DNA from: Desulfotalea psychrophila LSv54
GTDB taxonomy: Bacteria > Desulfobacterota > Desulfobulbia > Desulfobulbales > Desulfocapsaceae
Assembly (NCBI RefSeq): GCF_000025945.1
Contig: NC_006138.1
Coordinates: 1,470,001-1,502,000, forward strand
DNA: 32,000 bases
Direction: 5' to 3'
The translations under genes were made by a program, and so were the position numbers. Every line of letters starts with the position of its first letter. The first letter of the stretch is position 1. Below, one piece after another: positions 1-8,940 of the stretch. The notes under the pieces are model-generated. The model was given only the letters and a program-made list of their open reading frames with translations. It had not been told where the DNA came from and made no database searches.

Positions 1-1021
1 TGGCTGGCATCTTCTTATAGAGTCCACCGAGTTCGGTTAGTTTTGAGGTACCTGTTGCCTGAATGACAGCACCGGCGGCCATAAAGAGCAGTCCTTTGTA
101 GAGGATATGGGCCACGGCATGGGCTACGGTGCCGTTGATGGCAAGAGCGGTGCCGATGCCGACGCCTACGACCATATATCCCACCTGGCTGACAATTTCC
201 CAACCAAGAAGTCTGCGGATATCGTTTTCTTTAAGGGCGTAGATGATACCATAGACTGCCATGATCACACCGAGGCCGATCAGGATATCAAATCCAGCAA
301 AGGCACGAGCCAGGGTATAGACCGCAGTTTTGGTGGTAAAGGCGCAGAGAAAGACACCGCCGGTAATGGTTGATTTAGAGTAGGCATCTGGCAACCAGGA
401 GTGAAATGGAACCACGGCGGCATTAAGCATCAGGCCTACCAGAATCAGCCAGGTATAGAGCTGGGTGCCGGTTTCGCTCAGGTGGATAAAGGAGATATCT
501 CCCGTTGCTTGGTAGCGGAGGAGAAAACCGAGGAGGAGGATGACTCCTCCAAAGGTATGGACCAGAAGATAACGAAAGCCTGCTGCCAGGGCGCCCTTAT
601 CCTTGTTGAACCAGATAAGAAAGGTGGAGGCAAAGGCCATCATCTCCCAAAAGAGAAAGAGGACAAGATAGTCGGCGGCGTATATGGCCCCGAGGGATCC
701 TGCCACATAAAACCAGGCGGCAACATGTTGCCAGACACCTTTAATATGCAGGGAGTAGAGGGTGCCGATGATGGCCATAAGGGCCATGATAAAGGCAAAA
801 ACAGTGGAGAGATTATCTACCCTGCCAAAGGTTAAGGTCCACTCTCCCATGAAGGAGATTACCCCGTATGTGCCATGACTACCGTTGATATAGAGAACAT
901 CAATGAAGGTAAGGACTGGCACCAAGAGGAGATAGGCCTTTTTTAGGGCAGCGGGAATCAGTGGTAGAATGATTGCTCCGCAGATCATAATCAGGGCTGG
1001 ATGAATAAAGGCATTAGTCAT
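1..1021 (-). CDS. Complex I / Mrp antiporter-like membrane subunit (NuoL/M/N-MrpD family), 3' end runs off the window
   Basis: Not in the ORF track because there is no stop in the window. Manual translation from the ATG at 1021 gives MTNAFIHPALIMICGAIILPLIP...LFLFWEMMAFASTFLIW...AAVVPFHSWLPDAY...FTTKTAVYTLAR...ENDIRRLLGWEIVSQVGYM..., open to position 1. The TM5 Glu, the HSWLPDAY motif and the TM7 Lys are typical of this family. Its ATG overlaps the end of the 82-aa ORF (ATGACTAA). Confidence 0.85.
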   Translation of the reverse strand, partial: MTNAFIHPALIMICGAIILPLIPAALKKAYLLLVPVLTFIDVLYINGSHGTYGVISFMGEWTLTFGRVDNLSTVFAFIMALMAIIGTLYSLHIKGVWQHVAAWFYVAGSLGAIYAADYLVLFLFWEMMAFASTFLIWFNKDKGALAAGFRYLLVHTFGGVILLLGFLLRYQATGDISFIHLSETGTQLYTWLILVGLMLNAAVVPFHSWLPDAYSKSTITGGVFLCAFTTKTAVYTLARAFAGFDILIGLGVIMAVYGIIYALKENDIRRLLGWEIVSQVGYMVVGVGIGTALAINGTVAHAVAHILYKGLLFMAAGAVIQATGTSKLTELGGLYKKMPA

Positions 1022-1262
1022 CGTAATACTCCTTCTCTTGCTGGATACCTTTGCTGAACCAGCCTGCAAAAAAGATCAGGACGACGGTTGAAAGGAGAGC
1101 AAAAATTGACCAGAAAAAAGGGATGTGCTTTTCTGCCCAGGTGTGTGCGTGGTGGCTGTCTACTCCGAAAAAGCTCCAGAGGAGAAGGATGGCCGTTGCT
1201 AAAAATATCAGCATTCGTACCAGCCTGCCGTTTTTTTGCAGGTACTCTATAATATTTGTCAT
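1014..1262 (-). CDS. Small two-TM membrane protein (82 aa) embedded between the two antiporter-like subunit genes
   Basis: ORF track 1014..1262. It has two hydrophobic stretches (MLIFLATAILLLWSFF, FFWSIFALLSTVVLIFFAGWF) with a His-rich loop (DSHHAHTW). Its ATG overlaps the TGA of the upstream 488-aa gene (ATGA), and its end overlaps the next ATG, so it is translationally coupled on both sides. Confidence 0.6.
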   Translation of the reverse strand: MTNIIEYLQKNGRLVRMLIFLATAILLLWSFFGVDSHHAHTWAEKHIPFFWSIFALLSTVVLIFFAGWFSKGIQQEKEYYDD

Positions 1263-2725
1263 CCGATCACCGCCTTAACAAACTGCAACATGAAATGGGG
1301 GTAAATGCCTATTATTATTGTAACAGAGCAGGCAATGAGAATGGGGATAAGCATCGATAGAGGTGCTTCCTTTATACCCGTTTCTACCGTTCTTTTTCCA
1401 AAGAAGGCTCGGTAGGTAATGGGGGCAAAGTAGGCGGCGTTTAAGAGGGTACTGGTAATGAGCACCAGCATTATACCCATCTGATTGGCCTGAACCGAGC
1501 CAACGAGGAGATCCCATTTGGAGATAAAACCTGCAACTGGGGGAACGCCAATCATGGTAAGAGAGGCAATGGCAAAGGCCCCAAAGGTAAGGGGCATGCT
1601 CCGGCCCAATCCATCGAGTTCTGAAATATACTTTTTATGGGTGACCACGTAGATGGCGCCGGCACAGAAAAACAGGGTGATTTTGGCAAAGGCATGGTTG
1701 ACGATATGAATGAGACCGCCTTCAATACCAGCCGGGGTGAGCAGGGCAACACCGAGGATAATATAGGAGAGCTGACTTACTGTCGAGTAGGCAAGCCGTG
1801 CCTTGAGGTTATCCTTTGACATGGCAATAATAGAAGCTGCCAGAATAGTAAAGCTGACAAAATATGCCGTGGGAATACCCAGGTTAAGGGCATCCATGGT
1901 ATCAACCCCGAAAACATAGAGCATGACCCGGGTGGTACTGAAAACACCGACCTTGACCACCGCCACTGCATGGAGCAGGGCTGAGACAGGTGTTGGCGCC
2001 ACCATCGCTCCGGGGAGCCAGTGGTGAAATGGCATGATACCATTTTTGGCAAAGCCAAAGAGGCAGAATATATAGAGCATAATTACCAGGGGTTTGTTGA
2101 CCTCTGGAGGAAAGATACCCGTTGAAATATTAGGGGCAAAGTCCAGTGTTCCTGTTAGCACATAGATGAGAATCATGGCAGGCAGGAGAAGGGCCTTGGC
2201 CGTGGTGGTCAGATAGATAATGTACTTACGGGCACCGTTGTAGCTCTCCTTGTCCTGATGATGGGCTACCAGAGGATAGGTGCAGATTGAGACGATCTCA
2301 TAAAAGAGATAGAGGGTAAAGAGATTGTCTGAAAAGGCAACGCCCAGGGAACCGAATATTGCCAGGGCAAAGCAGGCATTAAAACGGGTTTGATTTACCT
2401 CCTTTGAGGCGCGCATATAGCCCATGGAGTAAAAGATAGCAATTGTCCATAGGGATGAGGCCACCAAGGCGAAGATCATCGACATGGCGTCTGCCCTTAG
2501 GGTGACCGTCACACCTGGCAGCAGGGTAAAGAGTTGAAGACGCAGGCACTCTCCCCGTAGAACGTCGGGCACCATGGAGGCGACAACGATTAGGAGTAAG
2601 ATGGATGCACATGAAGAGATTCCTTCACGGAGATTTTCCCTACGGCCATTTGTCATTACCGCAAGGGCTCCAACAAGTGGAATGAGTAGGGCAGTAAGGA
2701 GTATGAAGTCTGATCCTGATTCCAC
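1259..2725 (-). CDS. Complex I / Mrp antiporter-like membrane subunit (488 aa, NuoM/N/MrpD-sized)
   Basis: ORF track 1259..2725. Motifs seen: LFTLYLFYEIVSICTYPLV (TM5 Glu), MPFHHWLPGAMVAPTPVSALLHAVAVVKVGVF (proton-antiporter core with Lys). It follows nuoK after a 5-bp gap. The length matches 14-TM subunits, not the ~600-aa NuoL that carries the lateral helix. Confidence 0.85.
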   Translation of the reverse strand: MESGSDFILLTALLIPLVGALAVMTNGRRENLREGISSCASILLLIVVASMVPDVLRGECLRLQLFTLLPGVTVTLRADAMSMIFALVASSLWTIAIFYSMGYMRASKEVNQTRFNACFALAIFGSLGVAFSDNLFTLYLFYEIVSICTYPLVAHHQDKESYNGARKYIIYLTTTAKALLLPAMILIYVLTGTLDFAPNISTGIFPPEVNKPLVIMLYIFCLFGFAKNGIMPFHHWLPGAMVAPTPVSALLHAVAVVKVGVFSTTRVMLYVFGVDTMDALNLGIPTAYFVSFTILAASIIAMSKDNLKARLAYSTVSQLSYIILGVALLTPAGIEGGLIHIVNHAFAKITLFFCAGAIYVVTHKKYISELDGLGRSMPLTFGAFAIASLTMIGVPPVAGFISKWDLLVGSVQANQMGIMLVLITSTLLNAAYFAPITYRAFFGKRTVETGIKEAPLSMLIPILIACSVTIIIGIYPHFMLQFVKAVIG

Positions 2726-2730
2726 GGTTC

Positions 2731-3057
2731 CTATCCTTTAAGTTGTGCAGTATCGTCTGCGTCAATGGATTTGTTCTGACGGTAAACTGCAATAATGATA
2801 CTCAGGGCAATGGCAGTTTCAGCCGCTGCGATGGCCATAATAAACAGGGTTATGATCTGCCCTGTTGCGGGGTCCGGGGCGGTGAAACGATTAAAGGCCA
2901 TAAAGTTTATGGACACGGAGGCCAGCACAAGTTCGGCGCAGAAGAGCATACCGATAAGGGTGCGACGGGTCAGTATGCCATAGATGCCCATGCCAAAGAG
3001 TGCCGCTGCCAGGATAAGAAATGTGTTGAGGCTGTTATAGAGATTTAAGATTTCCAT
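2731..3057 (-). CDS. nuoK: NADH-quinone oxidoreductase subunit K
   Basis: 108 aa with three TM segments and conserved membrane Glu residues (FCAELVL, AAAETAIAL). Positioned between nuoJ and the antiporter-like subunit. Confidence 0.9.
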   Translation of the reverse strand: MEILNLYNSLNTFLILAAALFGMGIYGILTRRTLIGMLFCAELVLASVSINFMAFNRFTAPDPATGQIITLFIMAIAAAETAIALSIIIAVYRQNKSIDADDTAQLKG

Positions 3058-3578
3058 TTGCTTCGTCCCTCCCGAGCAATGGCAAGAGCTCCCAAAATTG
3101 CCGCCAGTAAAAGAATAGAGATAAGTTCAAACACCAGGGAGTACTGGGTCAGTAGCTCTATGCCGATGGTGCGCATGCTACCGTCTGTGATTTTGGCCAT
3201 TATCGGCCAATCTGCTCGGGTTACCAAAAACATCAGTGCCCCCGCCAGCATTCCTGAAACGGCAAAACCAATGGGACCGGCCAGCGGTTTTATTGGTTGC
3301 ATTTTTTTTATGCTATCCGGACTTGCCAACATGACACCAAAAGAGATGGTGATGCTCACTGCTCCGATATAGATCAGGATCTGCATCATGGAGATAAAGG
3401 GTGAGTTGAGAAAGAAGTACAATCCCGCCACACCCGTTGAGGTGAGGGCAAAGCCACAGAGCGCTCTGAAAAGCTTGTGGGCAAGGCAGGTGATAAGCCC
3501 TCCCACTAGAGTTATGGCGATGGTTACCAGAAAGACAAGGCCTACAAGGTTGTCAACGCTGAAGAGAGATGAAGTCAT
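3045..3578 (-). CDS. nuoJ: NADH-quinone oxidoreductase subunit J
   Basis: 177 aa membrane protein with FISMMQILIYIGAVSITISFGVML, typical of NuoJ. Overlaps nuoI by 4 nt and nuoK by 13 nt. Confidence 0.85.
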   Translation of the reverse strand: MTSSLFSVDNLVGLVFLVTIAITLVGGLITCLAHKLFRALCGFALTSTGVAGLYFFLNSPFISMMQILIYIGAVSITISFGVMLASPDSIKKMQPIKPLAGPIGFAVSGMLAGALMFLVTRADWPIMAKITDGSMRTIGIELLTQYSLVFELISILLLAAILGALAIAREGRSKWKS

Positions 3579-4012
3579 TTCTTCTCCTCCAGATCTTTGA
3601 TAAGATTGTAGTAAAAATCTTCTTTTTTTGTTGAGACATGATTGTATACCCGGGAAAATTGAATAGCACCAAAGTTACAGGATTCTATACAAGAGCCACA
3701 GAGAGAGCACTTTGTGAAATCAAGTTCATAGACAGTGGCGATCTTCTTTTTGGATCCTTCGAGTTTTTCTCCGCTGACTTTTATGCAACCGGAAGGGCAG
3801 GCTCGCACGCACATACCACAGGCTACACAACGTGTGTTTCCCTCTTCGTCGCCGATGAGTTCTATATGGCCGCGAAAACGGGCGGGCATTACTTCAGTTT
3901 CATGGGGATATTGAACCGTTATCTTTGGAGTAAAGAACTCCCTTGCCGTGATACGCATACCGACAATGAGACTCCATAAGCCCAGTACAATTTCTTTTAT
4001 AAATTCTATCAT
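3575..4012 (-). CDS. nuoI: NADH-quinone oxidoreductase subunit I (2x[4Fe-4S] ferredoxin-type)
   Basis: 145 aa with two CxxCxxCxxxCP-type motifs (CVACGMCVRACP, CSLCGSCIESCN). 4-nt overlaps with nuoH and nuoJ. Confidence 0.9.
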   Translation of the reverse strand: MIEFIKEIVLGLWSLIVGMRITAREFFTPKITVQYPHETEVMPARFRGHIELIGDEEGNTRCVACGMCVRACPSGCIKVSGEKLEGSKKKIATVYELDFTKCSLCGSCIESCNFGAIQFSRVYNHVSTKKEDFYYNLIKDLEEKK

Positions 4013-5010
4013 GGGGCAAATACCTTTATAAAACCTGCGGTGAGCAGAAGATTAATAAGGGAGAGAGGTATTAAAATTTTCCAGGAAAGATTTAATAACC
4101 CGTAGATAGTGGTTCGTGGAAAGGTCCAGCGAATCCAGATAAAGGTGAAGATCAGGATGTATATTTTTATCAAAAACCACCAGACACCGGGGAAGAGACC
4201 AAAGGGGCAGTCCCATCCTCCGAGAAAGAGCAGGGTGGTCAGACAGGCACCGATAACGATATTGGCGTACTCTCCCATGAAAAAGAGGCCAAAGCCCATA
4301 CTGGAATATTCAGTATGAAAACCTGCCACCAGTTCACTCTCCGCCTCACCCAGATCAAAGGGGGCCCTGTTGGTCTCAGCCAGGGAACAGATAAAAAATA
4401 TGAGAAAGGAGATGGGCATAAAGATATTGAAGAGGCCGGGTTTAAGTGGCCAGAGGTTCCAATGCCAGAAGCCACCACTTTGGGAGTGGACAATTTCTAT
4501 GAAATCCACCGAGCCACTGACCAGTACCACGGTGATTGCGGTAATCAGCATGGGGATCTCATAGGCAATGGTCTGGGATACTGCCCGAATGGCTGCCATC
4601 ATTGAATATTTGTTTCTGGAACTCCAGCCAGCCAGAAGTATTGCCAGTCCGGCAAAGGAGGCAAAGGCCAAGATAACCAGAAGCCCGATATCCATATTAT
4701 GGGCTACGATATTTTCGCTAAAGGGGATGGTAACAAAACTCATCAGGGCTGGGAACATGGCAAGTACCGGTGCCACCATGAACAGTATTTTATCTACTCC
4801 TCCTGGAATGACCAGCTGTTTGGTCATGAGCTTGATGCCGTCGACCGGGGGTTGCAACAGGCCCCACGGCCCGTTTTCCACGGGCCCCAGTCGCCTTTGG
4901 ATAAAAGCTGCTCCCCTTCGTTCTGCCCAAACAAGATATGCTGCATTTACAGCCACAAAGGCCAGGGCAATCAGAGCTGCTGCAAGAACATTTATTAATG
5001 TAAGACTCAT
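4009..5010 (-). CDS. nuoH: NADH-quinone oxidoreductase subunit H
   Basis: 333 aa polytopic protein. N-terminal WAERRGAAFIQRRLGPVENGPWGLLQPPVDGIKL is the NuoH/ND1 signature. Confidence 0.92.
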   Translation of the reverse strand: MSLTLINVLAAALIALAFVAVNAAYLVWAERRGAAFIQRRLGPVENGPWGLLQPPVDGIKLMTKQLVIPGGVDKILFMVAPVLAMFPALMSFVTIPFSENIVAHNMDIGLLVILAFASFAGLAILLAGWSSRNKYSMMAAIRAVSQTIAYEIPMLITAITVVLVSGSVDFIEIVHSQSGGFWHWNLWPLKPGLFNIFMPISFLIFFICSLAETNRAPFDLGEAESELVAGFHTEYSSMGFGLFFMGEYANIVIGACLTTLLFLGGWDCPFGLFPGVWWFLIKIYILIFTFIWIRWTFPRTTIYGLLNLSWKILIPLSLINLLLTAGFIKVFAP

Positions 5011-5024
5011 AAAAAACTCCCTCT

Positions 5025-6143
5025 CTATCGATCTATCTCAGGGATAACAAGGTCTAAACTACCCATAAGGGCCAAGGCATCTGCTATGAGCATTCCTTGG
5101 CAGACTTCGTCAAAAAGGTGCATATTGGAAAAGGTCGGTGAACGAAGCTTGAGGCGATAGGCATTTTTCCCTCCGTCACTGACCAGGCGAATACCGAAGC
5201 TGCCACGTGCCGCTTCCACCGTAGAGTAGTAATCTCCCTCTGGAAGTTTGATAATCTTAGGTTTCTTTTCAGGTATAATGGGGCCACCTGGTAATTTATC
5301 CATGGCCTGCTCTATGATGCGTAGAGATTGTTCCATCTCATCCATCCGCACCATGTATCTGGCGTAGGAGTCCCCCTCATGGTAGACTGGGATATCAAAG
5401 TCAAATTCATTGTATACTGAGTATGGTTCGTTTTTACGGACATCAAAGTTGATACCTGATCCACGGGCGACGGGACCGGTGGCCCCATATTTACGGCAAA
5501 TTTCCGGGGAGATATGGCCAATATCCTTAAGACGTTTCATCAGGATGATGTTATTGGTGACAAGGTCCCGATAGGTTTTTAGGGACTTACGCATTCGAAT
5601 GATAAACTTGCGGGTGCCTACCAAAAACTCATCATCAATATCATTATAGAGTCCGCCAAAACGATAATAGCAGTAGGTCAGGCGGGAACCGGTAATGGAT
5701 TCGAGCAGATCAAGGATCTGTTCGCGGTCGTCAAAGGCGTACATCAGCGGAGAAAAGCCACCGAGATCCATGATAAAGGCACCAAACCAGACCAGATGTG
5801 ATGAAAGTCTGTTCAGCTCTACGGTGATGGCGCGGATATATTCGGCTCGTTCAGGCACTTCGATTGAGCCAGCCTTCTCTACGGCCAGAACATATCCATG
5901 ACAGTAGGCCATGGCTGAGAGATAGTCGAGTCGGCTCAGATTTGGTAGGTACTGGTTATAGGTGCGGTTTTCACCCATTTTTTCGTGCATACGATGAATA
6001 TAGCCAATGACGGTTTCGGCACTGTATATATATTCACCATCCATGGTCAGCTTTACCCGAAGCACACCGTGGGTCGCTGGATGCTGAGGACCGAGGTTGA
6101 GAGTAAATGTCTCATCCGGGTTAAGTATAATATGTTCGCTCAT
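5025..6143 (-). CDS. nuoD: NADH-quinone oxidoreductase subunit D (49-kDa subunit)
   Basis: 372 aa. LGPQHPATHGVLRV near the N-terminus and the C-terminal DLVIPEIDR are NuoD signatures. No NiFe-hydrogenase CxxC pairs. The stop lies 14 bp from the nuoH start. Confidence 0.93.
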   Translation of the reverse strand: MSEHIILNPDETFTLNLGPQHPATHGVLRVKLTMDGEYIYSAETVIGYIHRMHEKMGENRTYNQYLPNLSRLDYLSAMAYCHGYVLAVEKAGSIEVPERAEYIRAITVELNRLSSHLVWFGAFIMDLGGFSPLMYAFDDREQILDLLESITGSRLTYCYYRFGGLYNDIDDEFLVGTRKFIIRMRKSLKTYRDLVTNNIILMKRLKDIGHISPEICRKYGATGPVARGSGINFDVRKNEPYSVYNEFDFDIPVYHEGDSYARYMVRMDEMEQSLRIIEQAMDKLPGGPIIPEKKPKIIKLPEGDYYSTVEAARGSFGIRLVSDGGKNAYRLKLRSPTFSNMHLFDEVCQGMLIADALALMGSLDLVIPEIDR

Positions 6144-6613
6144 GCTTTAAAGTCCTTGAGCAGAGGGTGAAAATCGGCATCCTCTGGCAGGAGCAGGGGA
6201 ATCAGATGGGGGTGGCCGGTGAAGTCTATGCCGAAGAAATCTCGTGTTTCGCGTTCATGCCAGTTGGCACCGTTGTATACCGAAGTAATAGATGGAATAA
6301 CAGGTGTGTCCCTGGAGGTACGAGTGCGGATGACGATGCGAAAAGAGTGCTCATCGTAGCGATTAAAGTCATATACCGATTCGATCTCTTCTTCCTTCGG
6401 CCAATCAACACCGGTGATGGATTCGAGGAAATAGCCGAGTTCATCGAGTACCGTAACTGTTTCAATGAGAAGATCCGGGCTGACCACGATGTTGAGGTAG
6501 TAGCCACAGATGCTGTAGTCGCTCTCTTCAACAAATGGCAGGGGCGTTGCTGTACTGTGGTCGGCAAAAAGGGATGCGAGTTTTTCTTGTGTCTGTTCTT
6601 TTATAGATGACAT
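6140..6613 (-). CDS. nuoC: NADH-quinone oxidoreductase subunit C (30-kDa subunit)
   Basis: 157 aa with the NWHERETRDFFGIDFTGHP motif. 4-nt overlap with nuoD. Confidence 0.9.
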   Translation of the reverse strand: MSSIKEQTQEKLASLFADHSTATPLPFVEESDYSICGYYLNIVVSPDLLIETVTVLDELGYFLESITGVDWPKEEEIESVYDFNRYDEHSFRIVIRTRTSRDTPVIPSITSVYNGANWHERETRDFFGIDFTGHPHLIPLLLPEDADFHPLLKDFKA

Positions 6614-6619
6614 AGCTAA

Positions 6620-7129
6620 TTATGCAGCCTCATTTTGGGAATCAACCTTGGGCCAGCGTCTCCATCCTGTAATTTGATGTTCAAGCTCAATGATACCTTC
6701 AATCAGAGCTTCAGGACGTGGAGGGCAACCGGGAATATAGATGTCAACGGGAAGAATCTTATCGGCACCCTCTATAATACCGTACTGTCCCTCGAAGACA
6801 AAGGGACCGCCTGAGATGGCACAGTTGCCCATGGCAATAACCCACTTGGGTTCAGGCATCTGGTCATAGAGGGTTTTTATACCCTCGGCCATTTTTTTGG
6901 AGATGGTTCCTGCCACAATCATGACGTCACTCTGTCGTGCTGAGGGACGAAAGACCTCAGCTCCAAAGCGTGAGAGATCGTAGCGGGCACATCCCGCCGA
7001 CATCATTTCAATAGCACAGCAGGCGATACCAAAGGTAAGGGGCCAGAGTGAATTTGCCCTGCCAAGGGCGATAAGCTTGTCCGCTGAAGCAAATTGAACT
7101 ACGGACGATGGTATGTTTTCTGTTTCCAC
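6620..7129 (-). CDS. nuoB: NADH-quinone oxidoreductase subunit B (N2 cluster, PSST)
   Basis: 169 aa with [21 protein letters not shown] and PGCPPRPE motifs. The ORF-track start overlaps nuoA by 31 nt, so the true start could be slightly downstream. Confidence 0.92.
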   Translation of the reverse strand: METENIPSSVVQFASADKLIALGRANSLWPLTFGIACCAIEMMSAGCARYDLSRFGAEVFRPSARQSDVMIVAGTISKKMAEGIKTLYDQMPEPKWVIAMGNCAISGGPFVFEGQYGIIEGADKILPVDIYIPGCPPRPEALIEGIIELEHQITGWRRWPKVDSQNEAA

Positions 7130-7509
7130 GTAAAAACTCCTTTAACCCATGCGTAAATAATGGCCAATGATAGTACAGAGACAAAGAGAAAAATTTCGAT
7201 AAAGTCACGCCAGATAAACATGGGATCGTTATAGGCAAGTACTACGGGAAAGAGAAAGAGTACGTCAACATCGAAGGCAAGAAAGATAAGGGCGTAGAGA
7301 TAGAAGATGACGCCATAGCGAATCCAACTGTCGCCGATGGGAGTCATACCACATTCAATAGGCTGATCTGCCTTTTGGGCGACCTGTCTTGTTCTGTTGG
7401 GCATGAAGAGGTAGACAATGGCAATGGGGCCGATGGCAAAGAGAAGACCTGCCAGGGTGAATGCCGTAATCCATAGAACGCTATCTTTGTAAAGAAATGC
7501 TGTATCCAT
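7099..7509 (-). CDS. nuoA: NADH-quinone oxidoreductase subunit A
   Basis: 136 aa with three TM segments. [11 protein letters not shown] and [13 protein letters not shown] are typical of NuoA/ND3. First gene of the cluster. Confidence 0.88.
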   Translation of the reverse strand: MDTAFLYKDSVLWITAFTLAGLLFAIGPIAIVYLFMPNRTRQVAQKADQPIECGMTPIGDSWIRYGVIFYLYALIFLAFDVDVLFLFPVVLAYNDPMFIWRDFIEIFLFVSVLSLAIIYAWVKGVFTWKQKTYHRP

Positions 7510-7659
7510 GACAATTACACTCGAAATAATTTATTTTACTGAAAAAAGACTGTTTAGTAAAACTCTGATGAGAGAATATCAGTTTTTTCCACGAAAGCAA
7601 TCGTAAAACATGAGTACCTCTATCAATTGTTTTGATAATTAGCAAAAGAGACCATTTTG

Positions 7660-8454
7660 CTAGGAGCTAGCCGGGCTCTTTTTTTTAAAAATAATGAGAG
7701 GGCAATTTTTGCATATGTCTGCTCCAGGAAAACCGTCTCCCGGTCGGGTGATAGCACTACTGCCAAGTTTGGCCTTTCTCTCAAGCAAACGATCAACCAC
7801 GGCACCTATCTGTCTACCGGGGATAATGACATTGGTTTCACCACGTTCGGTCTTACCTGCATTGTAGGAGCCTGAACAGGAGGGTAAGGTGTTGAACTGT
7901 TGTTTATTATAGCTGTATACATTGCCACCGCAGGCAGAAGAGTTCATGGTGAGCTGGGGACGTAGGGGGTGGGTGTCTGTTGCTGCCATATAATCAATGG
8001 CAAGGTGGTATGCCTGCATATTATCACAGTAGAAGTGGACCGTGTCTAATCCTTGCAGTTTATCGGCTGCGGCAAGTGGGGCGACGGCGATTGCCAGCAA
8101 TCCCTTTGGCAGGACAGATTTGCTCTTAATAAAACGCTCTGCCTGCTCGCGATCTTTAGCGTATTTAGTATGGCCTGTTATCTCTTTATTATCCAGATCT
8201 TTCCAGCCAAAACTGTACTGGGCATTACCGCAACTGAGATCTTTTTTCTCGGCAAAGACTGTCTGCCCCTTCATGCGTGCGGCTAACTGCCACTGGCAAA
8301 AGGTCATGCGATTGGCTGGTATATAAAAATCAGCCTCCTCTTTGAATCTTTTTATTTCATTTTCTTTGTAGAAAAATTTGACGGCCACAGGAAAGTGATA
8401 AAGACGAAGTTCTTTCATGAGGCTGTCTTGCATTTCTTTGTAGCTAAGGCCCAT
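7660..8454 (-). CDS. DUF169-family protein (COG2043-like), function unknown
   Basis: 264 aa. The N-terminal LRLYHFPVAVKFFYKE motif and Cys/Gly-containing central region (SSACGGN, LPSCSGS) match my recollection of DUF169 proteins. A good SD (AAGGAAGG) precedes the ATG. The family call is from memory only. Confidence 0.6.
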   Translation of the reverse strand: MGLSYKEMQDSLMKELRLYHFPVAVKFFYKENEIKRFKEEADFYIPANRMTFCQWQLAARMKGQTVFAEKKDLSCGNAQYSFGWKDLDNKEITGHTKYAKDREQAERFIKSKSVLPKGLLAIAVAPLAAADKLQGLDTVHFYCDNMQAYHLAIDYMAATDTHPLRPQLTMNSSACGGNVYSYNKQQFNTLPSCSGSYNAGKTERGETNVIIPGRQIGAVVDRLLERKAKLGSSAITRPGDGFPGADICKNCPLIIFKKKSPASS

Positions 8455-8940
8455 TGTGCCTTCCTTATTGTCTAGTGTGAAGCTGTTGACTGATGTGTGG
8501 CCTGTGTTGCGCCGGTTAATGTACTATTTATAAATGATAGCAGAAACTTATGTAAAAGAAAAATTAAAGTGAAAAAGGGGTGATATTTACTTCATCACAG
8601 TAAGTTACTGGACTTATTCTCTCCTTTTGAAGAGGAGGTATTTGAGCTGTAATTCCCCTATTAGCAATCTGCTCTATTTTCCCCATGGCATAAGGGGAGA
8701 AAGTGTATAAGGTGTCGCCTGTTTTGGAGGGTTTGTGCCCTCATTTGATTTTCAGTTCCCTGTCTCTTGCAAAAGCCTATTCTCCTGCGAAAACACTTGT
8801 TAAACGAGAAGAAGGTGCTATGATAACTATGGAGATGTAAATAAAAGAAATAATAAGTATCAATGGGATTGAACAAGGAAAAAAAGGACGTATTGTCGGC
8901 CTCAAAGGACTGTCTCCCATGAAATGGAGTGTATAAAATT

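Noticed and set aside
8661-8876. 71-aa minus-strand ORF in the DUF169/LysR intergenic region
   Set aside because: It has no RBS and an odd composition rich in His, Phe and Cys. It is more likely non-coding regulatory DNA.
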